Below, piece after piece: positions 39,018-52,891 of a DNA stretch of 64,000 bases; within the stretch, counting starts at the first letter, position 1; each line of letters starts with the position of its first letter. The notes beneath the pieces were generated by a model. That model was not told the origin of the DNA and searched no databases. It saw only the letters and a program-made list of their open reading frames with translations. The DNA lies in assembly GCF_006345805.1 (NCBI RefSeq), contig NC_043017.1, positions 15,004,001-15,068,000 of the forward strand, written 5' to 3'. A program made the translations under genes and the position numbers. Source of the DNA: Octopus sinensis. Its lineage: Eukaryota.

Positions 39018-39320
39018 AATTAAGGACTGAACACGAAAAGTGGACAGTCAACATGCTAGATATAGACGTCAAATCGCCATTCACCACAAAAGATTATGTT
39101 CTCAGATCAAACTCAGCACAATACCATAGCAATAAACAAGTGAAAAATATACGAAATAAAATAATTACCCATGTAATATATATATTTTTCACTTGTTTAT
39201 TGCTATGGTTTTGTGCTGAGTTTGATCTGAGAACATAATCTTTTGTGGTGAATGGCGATTTGACGTCTATATCTAGCATGTTGACTGTCCACTTTTCGTG
39301 TTCAGTCCTTAATTGGTATA
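39013..39320. repeat. 308-bp palindrome, ~139-bp arms with 1 mismatch
   Basis: ATACCAATTAAGGACTGAACACG...GTGAAAAATATA versus TATATTTTTCAC...CAGTCCTTAATTGGTAT; 29-nt spacer. Confidence 0.95.
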
Positions 39321-39401
39321 TATAAATATTTTAATCTTCGGATTCTTTTTTAATATGCTAGACCACTGGTCTTAATTGATAAATATCAATTTCTACCCTT
39401 A

Positions 39402-39432
<31 letters not shown>

Positions 39433-39757
39433 CATTTTCGATTATTGTTGAGATGCATGAAAGCGACCGAAAGAAAATGTAAAATTAATACCCCAGCAGG
39501 ACCGCAGTCGTAATGATGAACACTTACCCAAAAAATGTTGTAGATCACTCCATGAAACCAATCTATGATTCTTTGACTGAATCTTTAAGACCTACTAGTA
39601 ATGTTTGGTAGAATAAAATTCGTAGTCTGCGAGAAAATAATTAGTTTCACTGTCGGGATTCCTAGTTTTACGTGTGAATCTCTTTGATTTGATCAGCATC
39701 ATAACATGCAACTATTGGTTCCAGTTGTATGTTGGAGATTCTTCACACACTCACACA

Positions 39758-39831
<74 letters not shown>

Positions 39832-40134
39832 TGCACATGTATAATTTGTTCTGTGTCGCCTTAATGTAATAAATTGATCCTCTGGAGAATTTTTGAGGAT
39901 TTCCATCCACCCACACTACGAAAGCCTATGGCTATGGATGCTAATACCAAAATTGCGAAACGTACGTAGGGAACAAATGTGCTTCTCATACTTTTCCTAA
40001 TATTTGGTCAGTATTACATAATTAGTAACACTACTAATTACTGTAGTGACCACTTTACTAGAAGTAGAATGGTTGATACCAATAACATAGATAGATAGAC
40101 AGACAGACAGATAACCCTAAATGTATATATGCAA

Positions 40135-40218
<84 letters not shown>

Positions 40219-41214
40219 TTGGGTGGGCGGTTTAAATGTGTGTGTTTATATATGCATATATATCTTGTGTGTGTCTGTATACATATATATTATTGTTATT
40301 ATATAATTTTACATTTCGTAACGCAATACCATCCGTATTTTGTCCATCAGTCAATTATAAAATATTCAGTATATGAAAATAAAATACCAGCATGACCTTA
40401 ACAAAGTAAAACAGAATTTAATAAAAACTTCATTCTATCGAAGAACAATGATAAAGCTTTTAAAATGGCGTGTGGATCTGAATAAATAAAGATGAATTGC
40501 TTTTGTCTCGAAGAAAGTATTATAACGCTCATGAATACACATTTTTTTAAGGTAGATTGAGGAGTTCACAGCAGGGTTTCAATAGTAATGTATGCATTTA
40601 ACAATAAATATAATATTCTGTTAACACGAACTCGAGAATTTGCGGTCATTTGTGTGGTTAGATATGGCGGCGAGATAACACAACTTGAAAATATATGAAG
40701 AGAACGTGTTCTGCATTTGAAATTATTGGTAAAATCGATTGTTTTACAGAAAGGAAGTAACGTGTTTAACTGCTTCACATACCAGGAAATATTGTGCGTT
40801 CTGTATCGAATGCTCCCTTGACAATCGATATGTGATTGGATATCACATAGATCGATAAATATTTTGAGTTTAACTGCGATTTTTAACGATCTATTTTGTG
40901 CATTTCACTATTAATCTTTTACGCTATTACAAAGTGTGAATACTTTCTGTTTGTAAACGCGAATATGTGATATTTATTTCATAAAGTGTTAAAAAAGTTA
41001 TTTTAAATTATTTTATAGAATGAGTTTCAAGAATGATTTATTTTTCACAAACGGGCGCAGATACACCATTGTGATTGAGATTTTTATTTGAGGACGAGTT
41101 TCCTCCTTCGGTGCTATTGGACAGCATACTGGACAGATTGGTCCATATCCATTGATAAAGTAATTTCTTGAAACTGAAATTTGGAAGATGTGTGCTTGCG
41201 AGTGCGTACGCGAA

Positions 41215-41510
41215 GTCGTATCGCTTAGTTGTTGAGGTATTTGACTCAGGATCGTAAGGTCGTGCGATCGATTCCCGGTGGTGCGTTGTGTCTTTTAGCA
41301 AGGCACTTTCTTTCTCGTTGATCAAGCTGGTAAATTAAAGGCCTGACTTTTGTCACATTCTGTGTCACGCTGAATATCTCTGAGAACTATTTTAAGATCA
41401 CGCGTGGCTGTGGAGTACTCAGCCATCTGTACGTTAATTTCACGATTTCACGAGCTGGCTATTCCATTGATAGCATCAACTGGAACTCTCGCCGTCGTGG
41501 CCATCGGGGA
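41215..41510 (+). mobile_element. degenerate tRNA-derived SINE (family C)
   Basis: GCTTAGTTGTTGAGG...TAAGGTCGTGCGATCGATTCCCGG (tRNA-like) followed by TTGTGTCTTTTAGCAAGGCACTTT. Confidence 0.65.
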
Positions 41511-42689
41511 ACAAATTTTATATAGAAAGAAGATATAAAAGATGAAAGGTTGAAAAACTAACCATCTATCTTTTATATCTATTTCTTTCTCGCCTTTTCT
41601 CACTTTTTCTCTCATCCTATCGTCCTGTTTTTTGCTTGTTATGCAATATGGGCAGTGTCTGAAGTTTGTGCTTAAAGCACCAGAGGTTGTAAAGGATACT
41701 GTCTGAAATGATTTCATCACATGAAACTAATAGTAGCACACAAAAAACCATTTATTGAGTTTATTAAATAATACTTATTTCTCACGAGTTGGAGATTTTT
41801 GTTTGTAGAAGTGTGTACATGCATACCTACATAAATACATGCGTGGACGCATGCATACAAATACCTATATACATACACATGCATTCATACACACATATAT
41901 GCAATGTATCTATATGAGCATAAACAGAAAGACAAATATACATGCGTATATATACATACATACACATCCATACACTCATATATTTATGCATATATATATA
42001 TACACACATATACCTACATAAACACAATACATACAAACACATATATTTACATACACGCATACCTAATACAGATGTACATACACACATACATATCAGTACA
42101 TATAAATATCAGTGACATTCCGATGAATATTCCATAGGTCCTCCCCGTCAAAATCCATTACTCAGCAATCGGAGGTCGTCTGATCGAATAATACAAACAG
42201 TTTTACTTCTTCCTCTTAAATAAACTCCATTTTCACAACATTCCACTAAAGTCATAGAAAAGACATCCAAATGAAATGACATGAAATGGCAAAAGCTTAA
42301 AGAAACGTGATCGCGGTTGACAGAAGCAGAACTGATATACGTCTAATATAACATCACCTCGTATGTTATTTATTGCACTGCATTTTCACGTATAATATAT
42401 TATATATATATATATATATATAATATATATTATATATTATATATATATATGTATATATTATATATATATATTACATGACATTATTCTATATTATATTATA
42501 TCATATTATAATGTATTATATTGCGCCTGTGTGTGTGTGTATGTGTGTGTGTATGAAAGAGAGATAGAAAAGAAATAAATGATTATCATATGAAGTTCAT
42601 AGTCCATCAGCTGTGTTTGCTATGGAAAGCAGTGGACTCATTGGTGAGTGCCTGATAAACACAGAGCTTCATCGGAGCCTTGAATATGA

Positions 42690-43260
42690 AGGGCAATTCA
42701 TTTGGGAAAGAATTCTGATGCAGTACCCCGCAGTGACCCTCATGGCTTCTCATCTTAATTAATTGGATGTGCTATCATGTATATATTTTGTCGTGGTGGG
42801 AAAAATGGGAATACAGCAAATAATCTGCTCAATGCCACAGATTTGCTTGTCAGTTGTATGACCTTCACCACTTCAGCATCCCCCCTCTCCATGTGCATCT
42901 CTGATCAAGAGTAGGAGTAGTGGAGGTGCAGGATAGCTGTGTGCTGAGAGGAATCCTTTGAGGTTTGAATAATTCGCCTCTGGAAACATGGGTCCACTGT
43001 TCATCATCCTTAAACAAACCTTATTCAGGGACCTCTTGAGTGGGATAGGCTACTCGACTCGAAGGAAATTCTAACTGACCCTCTACCTGCAAGGACATGC
43101 ACTGTTTACTTTGATATGTGATCAACATGTTGTGCACATGTGATTTGTAATGCCCGTGTCTGGTGTACCCTTATCAGACAGGTAGTCATGATGGGTATAT
43201 TGGGCTTCGTATATTTTACTCCATTCTCTCTTTGATGGCATGCACTGCTCTCTCACTCAA
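42690..43260 (-). repeat. inverted second copy of the 22598-23135 repeat
   Basis: Ends GATGGCATGCACTGCTCTCTCACTC, the reverse complement of the 22598 start. Confidence 0.8.
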
Positions 43261-43261
43261 C

Positions 43262-44262
43262 AATAATAAACACGAACAAAATAAAAAACTGTTTTCCGTT
43301 TTTAAGGAAGCTGACAAATACAAAAAAGAAGTCATAGTAGCTAACAACAATGAAGTAAAAGAAGGAAGAACAAAAGACCAAAGCTGTAAAACAAACAAAC
43401 TAAAACTAGAACAGCAATGGATCATGTTAAACGATGGCAAGAAAAGCCCCTTCGTGGCAGATACTGGGTTAAACTAAATGCAAAAGAAATAGACAAAGCA
43501 AAATCCCAACAATGGCTGAGCAGTCCAGGACTCAAAACAGGGACTGAAGAATTTTTACTTCCAGCACAAGATCAAAGCCGTCCCACCAGAAACCACCAAA
43601 AACATGTAATGAAAAGAAACATAACAAGTAACTGCAGAATATGTAGAGATGTAGAAGAAGCAATAAATCATATTGTCTCTAGCTGCCCAGCCCTGGCTCA
43701 GATGGAATATATTCGCGGACACGACAGAGTTGGGACATATATACACTAGAAGCTATGCCAACACTTTGGAAAACAGCAGAAAAAATGGTATAGGCACACC
43801 CCAGAAACGGTCACAGAAAATGAGAAAGCAACCATACTCTGGGATATGCCAATACACACAGGTAGAGAAATTAAGTCCAGTAGGCTGGATATAGTTGTCA
43901 GAGATCACCAAGAAAACAAATGCTTTTTAATCCACACATCAATACCAACACATGACAACGTTTCTCTAAAAGAAACGGCAAAACTTTTAAAAAACAAAGA
44001 TCTGGAAATAGAGGTAACTCGAATGTGGAGTCTTAGGTATGATAAAAAAATATTCAAAAAAATACGCAACAAAAACAGCAGGACTTACAAGTATATATAA
44101 CATAGAGAAAATAGCACTACTAGGCACCACACAGATCCTACGTAAAACACTTTCAATAGAGTGAAAATAAGGGCATCACAAGAAACCACAGCACATGCCC
44201 AAGGCATACATAGAGCTGCGCACGGTAGATAAGTGAAAGCACGTGATAGATATAAGATTACC

Positions 44263-44322
<60 letters not shown>
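43262..44322 (+). mobile_element. R4/Dong-clade RLE LINE 3' fragment (CCHC + restriction-like endonuclease), decayed
   Basis: WQEKPLRGRY, CRICRDVEEAINHIVSSC, HTPETVTENEKATILWDMPIHT...DIVVRD; (AAT)n tail 44265-44322. Confidence 0.88.
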
Positions 44323-44325
<3 letters not shown>

Positions 44326-44389
44326 TGATGGTGGTGGTGGTGAGACACAGAATTGATAAAACAACGGTGAGCGACAAACGCAGAATGCA

Positions 44390-44930
44390 TGGTGAGAGGG
44401 ATGGAAATAGTGTAGCACATTGTGAGTGAGTGGCCGACATTGTTGGCAGAACGCGGATACAGAAGGCGACATGATAATGTGGTAAGAATGATGCATTGAG
44501 AGCTCTGTGGAAATTATGGCCTAGAAAGATCGAAGACGTGGAATGGCCAAATCCCAGAAGGTGTTATTGAGAATGAGGCTGGCAAAATCCGATGGGATGC
44601 AATGATTCAATGTAATCATCAGATTTGACATCGAAAATCTGACTCTGGTGTGGTGAAAAGAAGCATGCTTTCTAATTCTCATCGTCTGTCGCGATGACAA
44701 CAGGGTTGAAGGGAAAGATGAAAATGTGAACAGCTATGAGGAATTGAGTGAGAAATACACAGGTTGTTGGCAACAGTACACGTAATACCAACAGTGTCTG
44801 GCGCGCTTGGAAGTATTTGTACCGAACTACAAACATGACTAAAGAATATTGGAATGTAAAGATAGAACACCCGCAGAAATCATCATCGCATGGAACTGCT
44901 TGAGTTCTCGGCATAGACTCTGAAGCATAG
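44390..44930 (+). mobile_element. second, more diverged R4/Dong RLE fragment
   Basis: SVAHIVSE...RRHDNVVR..H.ELC...PEGVIENEAGKIRWD. Confidence 0.7.
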
Positions 44931-44946
44931 TCAGTAAACAACAATG

Positions 44947-45126
44947 TCAGATTTTCGATGTCAAATCTGATGATTACGCTGAATCACTGCATCCCATCGG
45001 ATTTTGCAATCCTCATTCTCAATAAACATCTTCTGAGATTTGGCCATTCCAAGTCTTCCATCTTTGGAGGGCATAATTCCCACAAAGCTCCCAGTACATC
45101 ATTCTTGCCACATTATCATGTCGCCT
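44947..45126 (-). repeat. inverted duplicate of 44463-44642
   Basis: TCAGATTTTCGATGTCAAATCTGATGATTAC...CATTATCATGTCGCCT. Confidence 0.8.
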
Positions 45127-45592
45127 CTAGCCTGCTGGCTGTGGGCAGCTGACACTTTCCTTCATAATTTGTAAAATAAAATTGCAATTTTTCACAATAA
45201 AATAACAATAACGTGGAGGAGGAGGACGAGGTGGGAGGCGGGGTGAGGATGCTAATGATGATGATGATGATGAGAATAACAATGATAATGACGACAACGG
45301 TTATGATGATGATGATGATGATGATGATGGTGTTGGTGGTGAATTCTCCGGTCGAAGACGATGTATGACCGTTCAGTTTTTGCCGAACGACTTCGGGGTT
45401 CCAACCATTTATTTATTATTTATTTCTCTGATTTCTATTGTATATCCTTTGTTATATCCTTTAATGTGGTATTCCCTCTTTTTGATCGATGTAAATCCCA
45501 CGTGCTTCCATATTTTTGCTTTTATTTTGTTCGTCCTCCGATATTGACTTCCATCTTTTGGACCCTAGTGGCTAATAAAAGATATCTTCCTT

Positions 45593-45680
<88 letters not shown>

Positions 45681-46141
45681 GTTATATAGTTAACATTCAA
45701 CAAATCAACTAATAAATTGTCCGATTAATTCTTCGATCAATTAATTAATCTATTAAGTTTTATATGTGTGTGTATGGTTGGGGTGGGGCTGTTGATATAA
45801 ACCAGAGAAAGGCATCTGCGGCCACAGAAACCCACCGACGTGCATCAAGCGACTGAAACGATATCCTGGCATTCACAGCCAGAAACACAGAAATACATTG
45901 TTTCGGCCATTGCCAGAGACGTACACGACGGATGTCGAGACGAAATACGAACACAGACGACGATACGGAGACGTCGTCGTCAGCAGGAAATCATCACATT
46001 TCACAGAAAACCATTGAACAATATTATCGTAAGACTAAAACATAAATAAAATTTAACAGTCTCCAAACTCAGCATTGTTATTAGTGATAAATGAGACAGT
46101 TGTTAATTATAGGTTGATTAAATAGACATTAAGCAGAGTAT

Positions 46142-46223
<82 letters not shown>

Positions 46224-46435
46224 TGATGATTGACAATGTTTAAGGATAATTACCAGAAAATATATATTCAGCCAGTGCTGAATGGAAAATAGAGAAAAAA
46301 ATTAATACAAAAACATCAAACAATAAAAAACGACGAAAAATAAAAATACTTATTAAGATTTATTTTAGCCGTCAGCTATTAAGTTCATTATTATTGAAAT
46401 AGACACAAATTTGTGTGTGTGTGTGTATTATATGT

Positions 46436-46513
<78 letters not shown>

Positions 46514-46700
46514 TATACATACATACATATATATATACATATACATATATATATAATACGATTACACACACACACATATGGAGAGAGCGTGCACATAAAC
46601 ACGTCTGCACACATACACTCACTTATATAATGATATGTTATAGAAGGAGACAGATAAACAAATGAGTGATATATATATATATATATATAATATATATATA

Positions 46701-46744
<44 letters not shown>

Positions 46745-46891
46745 TAATATACATATATATATATATATACACACACATACATATATACAAATTAACAGCT
46801 AGATTGGCAAACAAACAGAAAAGTACATAAATATAGGTCCAGAAGTAGATAACTGATCAGCTAAATAACCAGGTAGATAGATAGATAGATC

Positions 46892-46985
<94 letters not shown>

Positions 46986-47355
46986 CGCATACATACATAT
47001 TTACATAGATGGACAAGCATAAGAGATAGATATGTGTGTATACCTGTCTATATAAAGAAGCAGTCAATCTACAAACATGTTATATTGAACACCCGTGGGG
47101 TGGGGTGCGGTACTATAAAGTTGATGCTATAAAAAAGACTTTCTTTTTTTTATATTTGTTTCTCTTTTCCGGTTGATATCGGTTTTCTTAGTTACAACGC
47201 GACATCAAAACGCCTCTGTGCTTCTGACGTCATTTAGAAGCTGAGACTGCGAAAGTCAATGATTAATAGAGATTAATAAAGAAATTTGGGAAATATTTAG
47301 AAATAGATCACATCTGGAGCTATGTTTCCGGAATATAGCTTATATATCTCATATC

Positions 47356-47398
<43 letters not shown>

Positions 47399-47572
47399 GG
47401 TTTATGTTAGCGGAGACAAACCAATGTCCCCATTATCAATATCATCAATTAATATCATCATAGAGCCTGTATGGAGAGTTGGTAAGGATGTAAATTGATT
47501 TATTAACATAGTTCCCAGCTAAAATTTGAATACAAATAAATTAAAAAAAACTTACGTATGTTGCATAATAGT

Positions 47573-47793
47573 TGCATAATTTCAAGAACCGGATTAAATC
47601 CGATGATGAGAATTAATTATCCTTTTGAACAATATTTCCTTTCTTCTCTAGTCTATTAATTTAATTCCTTACATAAGCATCTAGCCTTCCTTTTTTCAAA
47701 AAAAAACCCAAAAAACCTGAAGAGAATCTACCTTATATTATTCAAATTGGTAATTCTCATCAATGGATTTAATCCAATTCTTGAAATTATGCA
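47573..47793. repeat. inverted repeat, ~43-bp arms, overlapping an HHR
   Basis: TGCATAATTTCAAGAACCGGATTAAATCCGATGATGAGAATTA versus TAATTCTCATCAATGGATTTAATCCAATTCTTGAAATTATGCA. Confidence 0.8.
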
Positions 47794-47830
47794 TTTATTT
47801 GTGGCTGGAATCGAAACGTACGTAGGTTTT
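47712..47830 (+). ncRNA. type I hammerhead ribozyme motif (GUA site, one stem I mismatch)
   Basis: AAAAC-CUGAAGA-GAAUCUA...UGGAAUC-GAAA-C-GUAC-G-UA/GGUUUU; stem III palindrome identical to array copy 2. Confidence 0.62.
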
Positions 47831-49473
47831 TCTGAATTTAATTGTATTCAGATTTCATCTTGGAATTATGTTAAATAAATTGATTTATATCCTTACCAAT
47901 TCTTCATTTTCTCACCTTTTATGAAATATATATATATTTATACACACACCACACACACACACACACACAACACACACACACACACGACTATACCTGTGTA
48001 TATAGTTTCTATTAGCATTACGTTTTGACTTTGCGAATCCATGTAGGAAATCCACAACATAACCCCACCCACCTCGCCCCCACCAGTACCCCATGTTCAA
48101 TTACACATTTTCGCCCTTCTTGTCCACCCATTTCTCGCTTGGCTTCTTCGACTCATTCCAACTGATTTACTTCAATCTGTCACGTTATTGCTGCCAATGA
48201 GTCAGTTAACCAAACCAATTATAATATCCTTCCTTTCCAGCAACCAACACAACCTGTCTTTTATTTCCCAAGTCAAATTTCGTTATTTCGTTTTTAATTG
48301 CAAATTTCAAATTTTTATTTCTCTTGGGGTGGTTATTAATTTTTTGTAATTTATTACTGAAATTATAACAAAATTTTAATACACTATCTCAGAAAATATA
48401 GCGAGTTTTTGAAACAACAACAATAATTGCTGTGGACAAGACATGATTGTTATTTGTTAGATATATAAACATATATAATATATATGTATGTGTGTATGTA
48501 TGCATGCAAATACATACATAAATACATACATACACAGACACATACACTCATATGCATGTACGTGTTTATATACACTTATATACGAACATGCATATACATA
48601 GAGTGCTCGTGCATGTATGAAAATCACTGCGAAATGTGAGCATAATTGGTGTAGACAGATCCAATATGCAAAAGGCACAAGATATATACATACATGAAGG
48701 TAATAAGGAGAGTGTATAATAAACCCCCCTGTGTCAAGGATTCATCCGTCCCACAGGTGAGTAACTCCATAAAAATTAGTTATGAACAACACCACTGTTT
48801 GTTATAAGCTGAGTCCATTCTGGCTTCACATCGTTCAGCATCCCCAACTTATCCTTGGATACCTTTCAGGTGAATCCACTTTGATGTTATCCAGTTGGTG
48901 ATGTTACACACATACATCACCAACTGGTTGTTGGGTTTCTTAAAGTAGGGTCCATTTTGTTGTCGCTCCATTCAACCTACTCTTTGGGCGACTTTTGGTG
49001 ACGTCCATTCTTTCTCATCCAGTTTAACTTCATCACCTGGTACTGGGGTACCTTTTAATGGAGTCTGTATTATCGGAAGAATTTATATTATGATCCAGTT
49101 TGTGGATACGCTAACCCTTCCTCCATCTGAAATTCGCCAAAGCCCTAAACATTGTCAGCGATGGCGTCATTTTGTGTACGAAACAATGAATGTAACGGAA
49201 AGGATTTATCCTAACTGCCCGACCGCTATATTTCTCTTACTGACGATCATCTCCCATGCAATGCTAAGTGCTACTACCTAATAGCTCCTGTATGTCAAGT
49301 CCTTTACAACTGACATTGCTTCTCTTCAGAAAGAAAAAACTTTTTCAAAATCCAGTTATCAAGATATTAATGGACGGCAAGTTTATCTTTGAAATCACTT
49401 GTAAATACGTTTTTCTCACATTTATTCTACTCTTTGTTCATCCTATCAAAATATGAAAAATAAACAGATTTCA

Positions 49474-49532
<59 letters not shown>

Positions 49533-49607
49533 ATATATATATACAGGTAACATACATTCGTAACATACATACATACATACAATACATACATACATGCATA
49601 TATATGT

Positions 49608-49638
<31 letters not shown>

Positions 49639-50009
49639 CATATAGAGAGAGATCTGTATATATATATACATATACAGATACGACGTAAATTCTCGTACCA
49701 CTCTTCCATCCTTACATGAATTCAATTGGGAAGCTGATATAGGGAGTCTTCAACAAAAATGACAAGTTCTTTAGTGTTTTACACACACACACATACATAT
49801 ACTATTGTATATATATACTATTCTATATTATACATCATGTATTATGTACGTGCGGTGGTGGTGGTGGGATGTTGTGTATAGTGTTGAACACATGACATAG
49901 CGATATTAGCAATACTCTCTTGGAATGTATTGTGCTTCTGTCTTTGTTCCGTTTGACATCAGTTCAACAGCGATTAGCAGAAACTGTAAATCCTTCAGTC
50001 CGAGAGATG

Positions 50010-50135
50010 GCGGTGTGTTGGTAATAAAGTTACCCTGTCACACAATATTCCTTACAGCATTTGTTCCGGCTTTTCACGCTTTCAGTTCAAATTCTGCCGA
50101 ATTTGCCTCTCCGTTTCATCTTTCTCTAAACACAA
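50010..50135 (+). mobile_element. degenerate SINE family A
   Basis: GGCGGTGTGTTGG...TTTCAGTTCAAATTCTGCCGAATTTGCCTCTCCG. Confidence 0.55.
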
Positions 50136-50344
50136 AAGCTATTGAATATGTCCAGAGAAGAGGATTGATGGAATTGTTAAACTTCTTTTTTTTTTTTTGC
50201 TCTCTGTGTCTTAAATTCTGTTTCCAATTTCCAGTGCGTGATCGACATTGCGTTCGGCTTCCTTGCCACGATTAAATATAAAACCATTCAGGGCGGTGGA
50301 TCGGGGGAAGTGTTAGTGTTCGATGGATGTTTCTTTTTTTTCTA

Positions 50345-50530
50345 TCTTTAGTTGTTTCAACCATCTGATTATGGTCATGCTGGAGCACCGCTTTGAAGAA
50401 TTTAGTCGAACAAATAGACCGAAGTAATTACTTTTGAGTCAGTACGTATTATATAGTTCGTGGTTGATCAACCGCTGGTTACAGGGCCGTAAACAAACCA
50501 ACATCGATTGTCAAACGAATTGGGGTCAAA
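50345..50530 (-). mobile_element. SINE family B 3' half, degenerate
   Basis: GGTCATGCTGGAGCACCGC...TTTAGTCGAACAAATAGACC. Confidence 0.65.
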
Positions 50531-50613
50531 ATAACAAGTATAATTACAAAGACACTGACACACACACATACATATATTATATATATATATATGCGTATGT
50601 ATGTATGTATGTA

Positions 50614-50665
<52 letters not shown>

Positions 50666-50682
50666 CATATACATATTATATG

Positions 50683-50734
<52 letters not shown>

Positions 50735-50735
<1 letters not shown>

Positions 50736-50888
50736 CGACGCCTGCGTGGTTGTGTGGAAAGAAGCTTACTTCCCAACCACATAGTTCCGGGTTCGGTCCC
50801 ACTGCGTGGCACCTTCGACAAGTGTCTTCTACTATAGCCTTGGGCCAACCAAAGCCTTGTGAGTGAAGAAAACTGAAAGAAGCCCGTC

Positions 50889-50945
<57 letters not shown>

Positions 50946-51170
50946 TTATATGTATATCCTTGTGTACCCATGTTTGTCCCCCACCCTACATCGCCTGACA
51001 ATCGATGTTGATATGTTTACGTCCCTGTAACTTAGCGGGTCGGCAAAAGAAACCGATAAAATAAGTACCAGGCTTGCAAAGAATAAGTCCTGGGTCGATT
51101 AGCTCGACTGAAGGCGGTGCTCCAGCATGGCCGCAGTTAAATGACTGAAACAAGTAAATGAATAAAAGAA
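50735..51170 (+). mobile_element. SINE family B, full length with internal (TA)n
   Basis: GCGTGGTTGTGTGG...GGGTTCGGTCCC (B box)...GGCGGTGCTCCAGCATGGCCGCAG...GACTGAAAC. Confidence 0.88.
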
Positions 51171-51204
51171 TACATACACACGCACCAATACATATATATA
51201 TAAC

Positions 51205-51340
51205 GGGTTTCCATACAGTTTCCGTCAACCAAATTCATTCACAAGGCATTGATCCGGCTGAGGTTATTGTTGAAGACATTTGCCCCGGATACCGCGCAGT
51301 GGGTCTGAACCCGTTACCATGTGGTTGTAAAGAGTTTTGT
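51205..51340 (-). mobile_element. SINE family B 5' half, degenerate
   Basis: CAGTTTCCGTCAACCAAATTCATTCACAAGGC...GAAGACATTTGCCC. Confidence 0.65.
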
Positions 51341-52818
51341 CTACATCCAGCTATGTCTCTATATTCTAAATTTCTCTCTGACGATGATAACGCTAGACTG
51401 CATCGATCCTGGTCTTTCTCTCGACAGTTGTTGATCTTCTTTAAATTCCTCACCCAGATTGCTGCTTTGAGGTGGTTCTTTTGAAATGCAGAACCATGAC
51501 CAAACTGTTTAAATTCTCATCATATATCAAACATCAGCTGATATTTATGACCAATAGTGATTTTGGTACGTCTGGCGTCTTTGATTTCTTGGAGGTAGAC
51601 TACAGTTAACGGTCCAATGGGAGAATCGATCTAAGGCAAAATAAAACAACTTCCTGGCAACAAAATATTGGTCAAACGAACAAGACACCATTCTACCCCT
51701 AAGTAGCCGTGATTCCTCTTACTGATCCCACTGATCGTCCACCATTGTATACACTTCATAAACAACTGACTAATATTTACAACTCAATCCCTATACACTG
51801 AGGCGTACATTACAGTGACCCACACACGTACACAACCAAGTGGTGGAGCCCTTGTTCTGGAGTTTCAGGGTTTTGAGAAGTGTAGAACCACCGATTAGTC
51901 ACTTTGTTTTCATGTTAACTCTGAGTCTGAATAGCAACACTTGTCAGGGTCCCGTCCATGGGTTAAATAGCATGCAACCACGCGAGCCAGGGTACGTTGA
52001 ACTCATTGGATGCAGCATGGTGGATGTGAACTATTTCGGCAGATGAACTTATTGAATCAGCAGCGAGTATCACTGACTGCTGAGAGGATAAACAAACAAG
52101 AAGCTGTTAACGGCCAGAACCAACCGGTTCCATTAGCGAACGCCTGCTATCGTCTGTTATCCTGGTGGGCAGAGATGCGATATTACAGAAAGCGAAAGAT
52201 CAATGTGATTGAAACCCAAGCCGGACTTTTTATGCTGCATTGCTTGATCGGGAAGCATGCGGAGTTTGCACTGGACTGGATAAATCAGCCGGTCAGATAT
52301 TGCTAGATACAACGAGAAACCGGTGAACGGATACGGCGGTTCAAACGTTAGCTGCTATAGTATGGTTTTCCCTCTGCATTCTGAGTTCAAATCTCACTAA
52401 TATTTACTTTGCCTTCCATCCTTTATGGGTTGGATAAATAAATACCAGTTAAAAGTTATGGATTGGGAGAACTGTAAGACTAGGGATTAGATACCTTACA
52501 GCTTCTGTTCCCGCTGTTTGTGTCCTGAGCCGAAATTCTGCCAACGTACCAACGGAAACATCAAGTCATCCGACTACAGGACTCCAGTAAACCCCACAAA
52601 TCGGTCAGTAGCCTGTATAGATATACTGGAAGCAATATGACGAGGCATGCATCCATCACGGGATCAACACTGAATAAACTGAAATAGGAATGGGAATGAC
52701 CTTTTGTGAAATGCAAAAAATATTATTGAAAAATTTGCCAAAGTTCTGAAGGAATGGCGCCTCCTCCGCCATAAATAATATTTGCTTTGTCTCATTGAAA
52801 TTTCATTTCATTCTTTCG

Positions 52819-52891
<73 letters not shown>

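Noticed and set aside
18917-51170. tRNA genes
   Set aside because: The A/B-box sequences are SINE heads that continue into repeated bodies and tails; no complete cloverleaf.
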